Assembly (NCBI GenBank): GCA_039545335.1
Contig: BCIN01000003.1
Coordinates: 930,001 to 994,000 of the forward strand
Source of the DNA: Kondoa subrosea
Taxonomy: Eukaryota
DNA: 64,000 bases
Direction of reading: 5' to 3'
Of the stretch, positions 14,268 to 25,488 are shown piece after piece (the first letter of the stretch is position 1; every line of letters begins with the position of its first letter). A program made the position numbers and the translations under genes. Below the pieces are notes generated by a model, which ran no database searches, was not told the origin of the DNA, and was given only the letters and a program-made list of their open reading frames with translations.

Positions 14268-14940
14268 GCTTGATCTTTACCTTTATGCTGTTTTGGGTTG
14301 TCGAGTCAATTCTTCACTTCTTAGTCTGTGCTGTAAATCAAGAGATGTTGTCAAGAGGTGTGTACGGAGTACAGGAGAGAGATGGATGCACTTGTGCCAG
14401 TGCTAGATTCAAGAGATCTACAGGCGCGGATTGCGTGAGTCTCATTGATCTCTTTAGATACTGTTTGCTGACCTTCTTTATGTACAGAAAACATGCCCTC
14501 GCAATCCATGTCCTTCGTGAAACCTTTCATGAGCCGTTAAAACCAAGAGCTACTTTCTTCCGAGGAGTGCTCTTTAGGCTGGAGGTGACGAAAAGTCAAA
14601 TATTGAGGTTGGGTCCAACGCTATGCCCTCGGCGTTCGGTACTGTCAGGAGTTCTATCGTCATATGAGCGATCAGAACTTCATCAAGAGATGCTAAGGGA
14701 GTGACGAGTATGTCCTTGCCTTTTACTTTGATTGACCAAGCTGATTGTCATTGCTTCAGTCTGCCATATCTGGCTCATCGATCACAAAGACTAGCTGTGG
14801 TCTTCATCAAAAGCTTCTCAAGAAGAACTGGCACTGGTATTTTGTGAGCCTCACTGCTTTGACTTTCGCTTTCCTCAAGCTGACTTAGACTTTCCAGTCT
14901 CTCTCCTCTGCGGACATGTTGACGGATTGTATGAGGTTCA
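14268..14940 (+). pseudogene. Decayed intron-containing gene relic (or spliced non-coding 3' region) inside cassette copy A
   Basis: Three canonical intron-like units (14435-14487, ~14708-14759, ~14844-14897) conserved in both copies; all frames carry stops, and two 1-nt indels differ between the copies. Confidence 0.45.
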
Positions 14941-15131
14941 TGTGTAGTGTGTCCGTCGTTCAGTATTTGTACCCGATTTATGTAAAGTGCAGTATTTGTT
15001 TTTATCGTTCTGTGTGATAATGCATTTGTTCTTCTTCACATATTTCTTATTTAGATAGGCTTCCCATCCTTATATCTCGCAGAGACCCGCAGCTTGTTGA
15101 AAGTCTTCTCTGATCAACTTCGTAATGGGTA

Positions 15132-15141
15132 CCTATAAATA
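15132..15141 (+). promoter_or_regulatory. Putative TATA box of methyltransferase copy A
   Basis: cctataaata ~210 nt upstream of ATG 15351, followed by CT-rich sequence. Confidence 0.35.
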
Positions 15142-15350
15142 TCCTCCAACCCTTCTCAAGTCTTCAGCACTTTGTCACTGTTTTTACTCTGCTTCCCATC
15201 AGACGTGCTTGTTCTACAGAAGTCAGAAGAGCATGTTGTCCTCAATCAGTGGCTGACTGTGCAGCTGACTGTTGCTGTGCTTCTAGCTTGTGCTCGTCTT
15301 CTCTCTTTATCTCTCATCACCACTGCTTTCGTCTTGACGTATCTTAGAAC

Positions 15351-16242
15351 ATGGACTCTTACATGCTTCCTAGACATGAGCAAGAGAGCCAAAGGTTAGC
15401 CTTTCTTAGCTCTGGGGCTCCGCGAAGCTGACGCGACAGACAGGCTCACTGAACAGCATCGCATGTACATGAAGCTCTTCGAAGGCAACGCAATCAGCCC
15501 CAAGATCACTTTACCCAATGATGCATCTGTTCTGGACTCAGCTACTGGCACTGCTATTTGGCTCACTGAACTTCCTTCTTCTTACCAACGCTTCGGTTGC
15601 GATCTCTCACCAGCCCAATTCCCTCCCCAAGATCAAAGAAATGGTTCTACTCTTTTCGAGCAAGATGTTACTCAACCTTTCCCGGACCAGTACCAACAGA
15701 AGTTCGATCTCGTTCATCAGCGTTTGCTCGTCTTGGGTCTTGATCGCAAGACTTGGCCTATCGCTTTAAAGAATCTCTTTAATACCATCAAACCTGGAGG
15801 ATACATTCAACTCGAAGAAATCAGCATGAAGCTTTTTGTAACCGGAACAGAGCTGCCCAAAATCTTTGAACAAGTCAACCAAATGTTAATTCAAGTAGGC
15901 GACATCACGGGTAGGGACTTCTTTGTTTCAGAAGCTTTGCCTGGACTCTTGGAAGAAGCTGGATTTTCAATGGTGGATGTAGCTCATCGCAACATGCCTT
16001 GTGGGAAAGCTGCTTTGGATGCGGGAATGAGCGAAGAGGTTGCCAATAAAAGTACGAAGAATATTCTGGCTGTTGCTAGCAACATGTATGCTGCTTTCGA
16101 AAAGACTGGGAAGCTCGACTTGCTACCTCAAGAATGGCGAACCTCGGAAGGATTCAACGAAGGCATCGAGATGACGGGTCAAGAAATTACAGACAACGGA
16201 ATGGTCGCGCATGTCACTATGCTTGTTGGCAGGAAGCAGTAA
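15351..16242 (+). CDS. Class I SAM-dependent methyltransferase, LaeA-like; copy A
   Basis: Exon 1 MDSYMLPRHEQESQR, intron 15395-15443, then LTEQH; motif I VLDSATGTAIW, GCDLSPAQFP, FDLVHQRLL, IKPGGYIQLEE. Confidence 0.9.
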
Positions 16243-16441
16243 GGGGACTTGCTGGTCACCAGTCTGAGGCTAGTTGGTCGAATTGAGGGTTTTGACAGTG
16301 ATCGCCGGAAGGATTGAAGTTATGCTGTATAACCATAAATGCATGCTGTAAATATATGAGGAAGCCAACAGCTGAAGTTGACTGAATGTTCCATTAACAA
16401 GCTTCCTCGTCATCTTGCAACAAGCAAGACAACCATTTGCA

Positions 16442-17324
16442 ATGTCTAGCCTGTCCAGTCGGAAGCATGCAAAATCCAGTGCGCAGTCTACACCGAGCGG
16501 AAGCAAGCCAGAGAAGAAGAAGGGCAAGAGCTTTGCGGCAATTGGTGTCAGTTTTATTTTTCTCGGATGCACTTCTCAGCTGTCATCTGCTTCTTCTGGC
16601 ATAAATACAACGAGTCTGAAATCGTGTCCTGTTTCTGCAGCCCAAACCTCAAGATGGGAAGTATTCTGGTCACATCGATAAACTCAAGCAGAAATTGATC
16701 GCTAAGGCTAAAGGTAGACCTTCATCTCGGATGATTCGGGGGCTGTCTCATTCGATGTGTCAGTCAAGAAATCGTATGCCAAGCTGCTCAAGAAAGAAGG
16801 GATGGCAGTAGACGAGTCGGAAAGTGCTCAAGGCGAAACGCTGATGGAAACAGACGAGCCACAGCCAGCTGAAGAAGATGAAGATATGGCGGTAGACTCA
16901 CCGCAAGCAAGTCAGAGTAAAGGCAAAGGGCGAGCTAAGGCAGTGGATTGGATGGAAGAGGACGAGACCGTCAAGCTGAAGAAACGGAAATCCGATGTCC
17001 TGTCACCTGAACCTGAAGATCCTGCGCGACCTGCAAGCGAACAACCTTTCGTGCATCCCTCTCGTCGAGGCAAACCAAAAGCGCCTGAGCGACCTGCTAG
17101 AGAACCGCCCAAAAAGAAAGTGAAACCTACACCGGATGAACTCGAGGTCATTCGTGCTAGGCGAGCGGCGGACAAGGCTGCTTTCAATCGGAAGACTAAG
17201 AAGGGTCAATTGAACCTGAATAGCAGTCAGTTTCGCCTTAGGTACTGCCAAGTTCATAGTGCTTACCTAATACTCAGGAATCGGCGTAATGCTGAAGCAG
17301 ATCGAGAAAACACACGGCAGATAA
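16442..17324 (+). CDS. Basic rRNA-processing protein, FYV7-like
   Basis: KLKQKLIAKAK-VKKSYAKLLKKEG near the N-terminus and C-terminal KTKKGQLNLNSRIGVMLKQIEK after splicing. Confidence 0.7.
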
Positions 17325-17374
17325 TCCGTAGCATCAGTATGCATGACTATGTAACATTAATGCATTGTATAACA

Positions 17375-20011
17375 TCACTTTGAATCCCAAGGATTGTCCA
17401 CGTCCGATGCATGATGCGATTCTCCCGCGAATCGACTCTCTTCTATGTATGATGGTATATCTTCTCGAGATTCTGTTGACAAAATGACTTCTTCCTGTTT
17501 GAGAGCGCCAGATGTTTGTACATCTGCTGGATTCCGATCAACAGATACTTCAAACACTTCTTGCTGCTGTTCGCTTGTGCTGGCGCCAGCTGATGATGTC
17601 CCAGATGCGGCGGATGCTTCTGGGAACCAAATCTTGCGATAGACTTTCCGCTGGCGACCTCCCAGCGCGTTTATGTCGCCCTTTTCTCGCGCTTGTCCAT
17701 CTGCTACTTCTTGCGCAGCTGCATCCTCGACCATGATATCAACGCATCCATCAGGCAAGCTCGACTTCTTGCGTCTATACCTCTTGCGCTTCTTGTCTGA
17801 ACTAGAATTTATTGCAGGCTGATCATTAGACTCTTTAGCTTTCCCATTCGACTTCTTTGGTATTGTAGGCTTGTTTCGCCGCCGGTTATAGACTATTTCA
17901 TCTTCTTCATCTCGTATTCTCCTTCGAGCAGCTTCTCTTGACGCGTCAACCACTGGACTGTTGTAATCGCCGAATTCTAGCTTCTTTGCATCTTCGAACA
18001 GCTCCTCGTCTTCGTCTTCCGGGTCACTGAATTCTAAGCTGGAATCACTTTGCGGTTCGTCGCCTTCCATATAAGGTCCACTCTGTCTTATCATTGCATC
18101 ATCTTCCCAACGACCTTCTGTATGGACAGCACTGTCGATCTCTTGAGGACTACATCTACATTTCAGCGAGAAATCATTTTCGAACCAAAATATCCACTTA
18201 CTTTGTATGAACGACCTGCGCAGCCTGCTCAGGACTTAAAGGAGCATAACCATTGATCCATTTCCTTTCTTCTTCCATTCTCTTCCTCGTTTCATCCAAA
18301 GGATGTTTGATGAAATCTTTCCAACCACTTTCCGCTCCGCTAGCTTTCTTTTTCCCATACGCTTCACCACTTTCCGCTCCAGGCATAGGTAACCAATATT
18401 TCGCTTGCCCACCTTTGGCATACCTTAACCCAGCTCGAACTCTTTTATCCCTCGCTTGACCTTGATGAACACCACCTTCAGCAGGTTCGAAAGTTCTGTA
18501 CGAGAACCCAGTTCCTCTGAATGTGGTCAAAGAATCTTGTAGTACATCTTTGAACCCAAACAGACAATCTCGCGTTGCGTAATAGAAAGGCATTCGACCA
18601 GAAAAAAGATTGTTTGGATCTATATAGTCTTTGTGTGAGAAGGCGTAGAGATGGAGGACGGCGAAGAAGGGCATTTCAACGCAGATCAATGCGTCGGTAA
18701 TGGCGAGAGAGAAATCTTCTTTAGTGTAGACATCGGATTTCAGAGCGCCTGTTGATACTAAGATGGAGATGAAGAAGGATTGCCAGAAGGTTGCAAAGAC
18801 TGTGATATAGGCCTCGACATCAAGCTTTTGCAATCAATCAATGTAAGACTTGGCTCACTAATGCCTTTGACGCAGATGAATTTTGGTAACGGCCTGTATG
18901 GAAACTGTTCCCTCGATACCTTACGATAAAGGATCGAGCTCAGTTACATACCGATATGGCTTCAAATCTTCGTGCGTGCAAGACCAAAACAACACCAAGC
19001 AGTATAGACTTAAAGCGACACTGTTTCGCGGTTCAGCTTCGGAGCACAACGAGCAATCCCTTGTGTGCTGACCTAATGTTATATACGACACTGCAATGAT
19101 CATAAGCTACTAATCGACCTTCAACAAAGGATATCCTACCTGATATACGTGTAACCGTTATCTTTGGTCAGTGTGCCTTCTTGATACTTGCCAAGCGCTT
19201 TCAAGACCATAGTAATCCCAGCCAACAGCGGTTTAAGCTGTACATATTCTGTACGCACAGCATCCTGCTCATGAAGCGTGTAACGCAGTAGAACAGGAGT
19301 GACGTACGTAGTATGCCCCTCTTCAAGCCTAGGAAAGCGAAGGGATCTGATACGTCTAAGGGTTCTAAGAAGTAGTTGCAGGGAAACACGTGAGGTGTTG
19401 AAGGTCGACCATGAAGGGTGATGATGAGGGATCGTTCTCCACCACTAGTACGAGATCAAGAATACATAGAAACATATTGTGAGATGGCTTACAGGTACTC
19501 TACGAGCAGAGAGAAGAAACAACTAGAATCCGATCAGCGCGAGACACAAGATAATACAGAATAACAATGTACTAGATAACGAAAGCCTGTGGCCCAATAT
19601 CAGCTCCTTCGCGAATTAATTTGAATCATGTACTGACTTCATAGATGTCTCGCACTGCATCCACGAAGAAAGCAGCTTCACTTGAATAGAGCGAGATTGC
19701 AGAAGATATCGAATAAACCGGAACCCTGTCTCAACTCATTCAATTGGTGCCCGGAGTATTTCCGCATTGGAATGACCGACATGACCATGATCCTGACTAC
19801 CCATCTCTGAAGGTGTATCTTCCTATACTGTTTACCACTTCGTCATCAACTTGTTCGCAATTCGTGACAAGCGGGAGAAGCAATGTACATTCTTGAGTTG
19901 TAACCAAATAGCCCATATACTGACTACCGTGCTCAAGATGGAACATGCAGTAGAAGTAGCCAAGACCCAGATTGGTAAACCGAACCCACTTCCGCCGCTC
20001 GAATCTGCCAT
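17375..20011 (-). CDS. TMEM184/OST-alpha (DUF300) family membrane protein with long charged C-tail
   Basis: SIWAIWLQLKN, LQRWVVRI, AFFVDAVRDIYE, DPFAFLGLKRGIL, ALSLYCL, FWQS and DALICVEMPFFAVLHLYAFSHKDY. Confidence 0.9.
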
Positions 20012-20181
20012 TCGCTCGAGGTTTGGTATCTTTGCAGCTCAGCTAGAGCTCAGACTTCAGCTAGAGCTTCTGCCTTGAACGGGTAGTCAAGCCTGGTCTA
20101 TTGGGTATAGAGTGTTGGACGTGATTGGAAGAAAGGGGTTGGACAGCTACCGCCGAGCTCAGCAATAGCAGAGAGGGGCAA

Positions 20182-21959
20182 ATGAATGAAGACAGAGAAG
20201 CTTTGATAGCGCAATTCAAGTCGATAGCCAATTGCAGCGATACTCAAGCCAGACAAGCACTCACGTCGAATCATTGGAACATACAGGTCGGTCCATTTCG
20301 AGCCAGAGGTCACATCGAGCTTACACCGGCATACAGACAGCTGTAGCCAACCTATTTGACGATCCTGATTCGATACAGACAGATCAGCACCCAGATCAAG
20401 TCGAACAAGAAGGTGCATTCATAGAGCGCGAACCTCTGTTGGTGGATGATTCACGTCAGACTGGATCAAGAAAGCGGTCTAATGCATATACACCTGGAAA
20501 CGTAGGCTTCGGCACAGCGCGAAGGGTGAGTTATATCTCATGTTGTCGGATTACTTGATTCTAATGACACGTATAGTTACTTCAAACACCTCTCCAACTT
20601 CTAGCTCTACCTTTCACCTTGCTCTTATATGCCCTCTCTTCCGCTTTGTCACTCATAGGTCGCATCTTTGGTGTTCGGCCAAACCTACCGTCTTTCTCAC
20701 TCAGACCTCTATTCTCATCAAGTCCAAATCGAATACTAGACGCCAGAGCAGCAGCAGAATGTTTCGTTCGAGATCTTGAAGAAGAAACAGGCAACTCATC
20801 AAGTTATTCTTCTGTCTCTACTGGACTTCAAGTTGGATCTTCTTCTTCAGCATCAAGAACAAGTCGAACATTACCAAACTTTCATATCGGATCATATGAT
20901 TCTGCTTTGACTCTGGCAAAGGACAAGATGCAACCTCTTTGTGTGATTCTTATCTCCTCAGAACACGATGATGCAGCGAGTTTCAACAAACAAACGCTTT
21001 GCGATCCAGAACTATTGGCCGCTTTTGAAAACCGGAATTTCATCGTTTGGGGAGGAGATGTAAAGTATAAAGATGCTTACCAAAGTGAGCTCATGTTTGC
21101 ACCAGCTGTTTCGATGACTTGCTAACGTGATACTGTTGCAGCCTCCCAAATATTGGAAGCGACTACTTTCCCATTTGTCGCTTTCATCACTCTTCAACCA
21201 CCTCGTTCAACACCAGGTTCACCTTCACCAGGATCAACACCTAAAATGACACTCTTTTCTCGATTAGAAGGATCCCCTTTAACCCATACTTCACCTTCTT
21301 CCATTTTAACTCATATCAACACAGTCTTTATCCCACGTACTTCAAATTATTTAGAACGTATAAAGAGGGAGAAAAGAAATAGAGAACAAGAAAGACAAAT
21401 GAGGTTAGATCAAGATGCTGCATATGCTGAAGCGGGTAGAAAAGATGTTGAACGTATTCGAGCAAAAGAATTACAGTTGGCAAAAGAGAAAGAAGCTGCA
21501 GAGATAAAGCAGAGAGAAGAAAAGGATAAAGCTAGTTTGGAAGAGAAAAAGTTGCAATATAGAAAATGGGCGAAAAGAAACTTGGTACCTACGGAAGAAA
21601 CAAATGGGGAAGGTGTAGTAGCTAGGTTGAGTGTGAAACTACCTGATGGAAGAAGATTGCAAGCCAAGTTCAACAAACAAGTTAAAGTGGAACAGCTTTA
21701 TGCTTGGATCGATTGCGAAGCTTTTGAACCTGATTGTCAACCTTCTTCAAGTTCTTCAACACCGCCAAAAGGATATCAACATCAATATGAGTTCACTTTG
21801 GTTACTATGTTCCCTAAGCGGACGTTGGCATATCAAGAGTCGAAGGAGCTGGATTTGCAAAGTGCTGGATTGGTACCTTCTGCTTCTTTGTTAGTCGAAG
21901 GAATGACTTTGGTCACGGGAGAATCTAGTGATGAGGAAGTAAGCGAGGAAGAAGCCTAG
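20182..21959 (+). CDS. UBX2: UBX-domain protein, Ubx2/FAF2 type (UBA-like, membrane hairpin, UAS, coiled coil, UBX)
   Basis: QF..IANC..ARQALTSNHWNIQ UBA-like; LPNFHIGSYDSAL..AK, HDD..FNKQTL, FIVWGGDV, TFPFVAFI UAS; VKLPDGRRL, TMFPKR, GLVPSASL UBX. Confidence 0.88.
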
Positions 21960-22040
21960 ACATCATTTATTGCATCTGTCGTTCATTCACATGTCTTTCC
22001 CCTTGTTGATGTGAATTTTGAAGTTTAACCGTTACTTATC

Positions 22041-24340
22041 ATGTTGCGTCGAGGCTTGCGACCCTTCCACAGACTGAAGAGTACTGGTACTATGAAAGTA
22101 CCTACCTTCGAGAGCTGGCGTTATGGTCCTCAACCAGTAGCTCCTAAAGATTCACCTTTGCGTTCCAATGAAGATGAACTGCCTTCTCTGCCTGTCCCAG
22201 ACCTGAAGAAGACTGTTGCTAGAGCTATAAGTTCTTGCGAAGCGGTCTGTTATGATCAGGAAGCGCTGGACACGCTCAAGGAAAGAGCTGGCTACTTTCT
22301 TGATGATCCTTTGGAAGGTCAATTGCTGCAGAAACGCTTGCTGGAGAAAGCTGCAAAGTCTCGTAACTGGCTCGCAAAGGTCAGCTGAGCATTTTTGGGT
22401 TGCGAAGAACTGTTATTGATGCGTAAATGTCAGGACTGGGATCAATTGGCTTACATGACTTATCGTCAATCTGTCGTTTGCAATGTTTCGTACTACTAGT
22501 GAGTTGCAAACCATTACTTTCTGCTGAACGAACTGAGGAAGATTTGTTTGGTCGCAGCGGTTTCAGCAAACTCCCGCAAGGACCACCAGAATCCAACAAG
22601 ACAGAAGATCCAGCTTATGTTGCAGCAACTATCACTTACTATGCCGCGCATTATCGGGACAAGATAATTTCAGGTCAAATCGAACCTGATCAAGCCGGAG
22701 GAGCCAAACAAGACATGGGCGCTTTTCAATGGCTGTTCAACGCTTGCCGTATCCCTGCTCCGAAGGAAGACTACAGTGTCAAGATACCAGAGGATGACCC
22801 ACGAGGCGATCATGTTATCGCAATCAGGGGCAACCGTTTCTATAAAGTACCGATTGTAGGCAAAGACGGGAAACGCTCAACGGTTGAACAATTGCATCAA
22901 GCATTCAAAGAAGTCTACTCTTTAGCCGATAGAGCCAGCAGGAGCGCTAGCGAAGAAGCACCAGCTGTCGGCGATCTCACTGCTGCCAACCGAGATCACT
23001 GGGCTACTGCTCGAGCACATCTGACGGGCCACCCAACTAACGCCAAGACACTGAAAGCTATTGAACAGTCTATCGCTGTAGTCTGTCTGGATCATGCGAG
23101 ACCAGCTAATGGCGAAGAACTCAGTCGACATTTGTTCCACGGTGAAAAGGGTAGCCCGGCATGGTGGGATAAGCCTATGCAATGGTGTATCTACGATAAC
23201 GGTCAAAGTGGTATACGTGGTGAACATTCGGTTATGGATGGTACACCAACTGCGAGGATGAACAACGAAATGACGCTCGATTTGATGCACAACAAAATTC
23301 CTTCGCTTTCAGAGCCTTCGTTGGAAGCTATTGAAGTTACCGCCCTGTCCTGGGAATTGGTCGATAAGGGAAGAAAATATATTGATCAAGCTTCTGCAGA
23401 GTTGCAGCAGACCATTGCCGATGTGGGTCAAGCAAGCTATACTACAGTTCATTCACACTGTTGACTCCTTTCCAGAACGAATTGCACTACCTCTTTTTCG
23501 ATACTTACGGAAAAGAGCAAATCAAAAAACACAAGTGCTCACCAGACGGATGGTTAGTTGCCTTTTGCCACAGTCTTCGATTTGCTTATGGTATCAAAGG
23601 GTTCAAATGGTCATGCAGCTCGCTTATGCGTTGACTTACGAAGGCAAAGTCGCAGCAACCTATGAATCAGCTTCAGTCAGGCGTTTCCACCTTGGTCGAA
23701 CAGAAACCGTTCGAGTGTGTTCGAACGTATCTCGAGCTTGGGTGGAATCGATGATGAATGATAATCAAACCAATGACGAGCGTCGTGAACTATTCAGGAA
23801 AGCTGTAGCGCAGCACGGATCAGATATGAAAGAAGCGAGTGCGGCTCAAGGAATAGATAGACATCTTCTAGGTCTCAAATTGTGCGTTGGAGAAGACGAA
23901 GCAGAGCCCGACTTCATTGGCGATCCTTTGCTCGCGGCTGCTTCGTACTGGACATTGTCTACTTCTCAAGTCTATGGTCGCTATTTCCCTGTCTATGGAT
24001 GGGGTTGTGTCGCTCCGGATGGATATGGAATCCCTTGTGAGTGTGAAGTCGACAGTCAAAGTACCATTTTAAGAGTATTCCCTCCAGATATGATTCAGCC
24101 TGAGAGTCTCCTCTTCACCGTCACGCATCGGAAAGGTGCAAAAGGCGACCAGGTGAACTCGATTGACTTGTTTTCAGGCATCGCTAATCAGCGAGCAAAC
24201 AGATGATTGCCAATCTGTAGGGTCTTCCTATCAGGCATTGAGAAAACAGCTGATTTCTGCTTGATAGCAAACGTGCGGCCGACCAACTTATGGCACTTAT
24301 GGAAGACAGTCCTCAAGACGCGCCCAAAGCAAAGCTTTGA
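22041..24340 (+). CDS. CAT2: Carnitine O-acetyltransferase with mitochondrial presequence and C-terminal PTS1 (AKL)
   Basis: LPSLPVPDL, RNWL, FNACRIP, WWDKP, catalytic GEHSVMDGTP, TYESASVRRFHLGRTETVR, GIDRHL, LSTSQ, GWGCVAPDGYG; last exons give ...MIANLKRAADQLMALMEDSPQDAPKAKL*. Confidence 0.93.
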
Positions 24341-24357
24341 CAAGGAAGAACATGACT

Positions 24358-25361
24358 TTATGCAATTCTGTATCCGCCCTTTCGATCTGCCACTTTCCCT
24401 TCCCACCTCGCCAACTCTTTCCTGGAGTTTGCAAGGTCTAACAGACCAGCAAGAATGGAATCACCCGCTTTCACGGGGCCAACTCCCGACGGAGTCCCCG
24501 TTAACAGAAGGTCTCCTTCCTCCAGAGTCATGATGGAAGAGCAGTGTGCTATCAGTTCTGGAATCTGTAACAATGTAGATATTTAGCATTTTGCATTGCA
24601 CGTTGTAATCGTTTCACATACACGGAAGATCATCTTTGCAGTGCCTAACAATTATAATGCCGTATTGTTAGATCACTATGCAGATGAGATGAAGCTTGCT
24701 CACTTTCGCGCTGCTTGCTTTCCCCATTGACGTCCAGAAACAGTTCAAGATTGTAAGGGTCTTGAATGGCCTGCTTCGGCAAGAAATTGCTGATAGGGGT
24801 AAAGGTATCAAAGCCTTTGCTCGCTGACCTGCGTAGGTATTCATATGTAGCCAGGATGAAGGGGTGGCTCCATAACTTACCACGGCAGGCCTGCCTTCTT
24901 TGCTGCTTCTTGAGCAACGCGAGCAGTCCTACACCACGAGTAAGTCATGTGAAGACACAGAGGATGATGCGTACATACATATCAATTGCTAAAGCATAGC
25001 CCGCAATATAGTCTTGTGCACTTCGGGCGTTCACGTCGCGGGTTTTCTGACCAATGACAACGCCAAGTTCCACTTCGTAGTGCTGCATACGATCAGAGCG
25101 ATCGAACGCTGACAGCGAAGCACTCACTACGTTCTCGCCTCGGGGTAGCTCGATAGTCCCGTTGTTTGGCAGATAAGAAGTGGTTCTTGAGGACATCATG
25201 AGCATGAGACATAAAGCGAATCATATCAACGGTGAAGCTTACGGCTTCAAGAAAAAGAAAGGCTCTTTCGGTACCGCATTGCCCAATTCTTTGGCATGGA
25301 GACTGTAGTTTCTTCCAATACAGACCAGCTTCTTCCCTGTCTGAACGAAATTGCTGGCCAT
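24358..25361 (-). CDS. FAHD1: Fumarylacetoacetate-hydrolase-domain protein (FAHD1/Fmp41)
   Basis: [69 protein letters not shown]. Confidence 0.92.
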
Positions 25362-25488
25362 GATTGTTCCGGAAGAGATGTAAATGAATCAATAACTTCG
25401 AAACGTTTGCGGATTACGTAATGAACTACTGCTTCATCTCGTCAAGCGTGCTCAGGCTTGTATGCTGCATCTATACAGGCTATATACA

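Larger units (their letters stand above)
11904..16242 (+). repeat. Left arm of long diverged inverted repeat (two-gene cassette, copy A)
   Basis: Colinear with the reverse complement of ~45308-49795; homology detectable from gctcgtctcgagtcggccaag (~11904) to ~14980 and again over 15351-16242; the 15000-15350 spacer is largely unalignable. Confidence 0.95.

Noticed and set aside
14380..14510. Apparent SWIM zinc finger (CTC...C / KHAL) suggesting a Mutator transposase remnant
   Set aside because: The intervening intron is 53 nt, so splicing does not join C to KH in frame. Copy B has R and W at two of the Cys positions, and no DDE domain is visible.
16243..16275. Short palindrome followed by CTAG-T resembling a Helitron 3' end
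   Set aside because: The stem is only ~5 bp, it is not shared by copy B, and no Rep/helicase is present.
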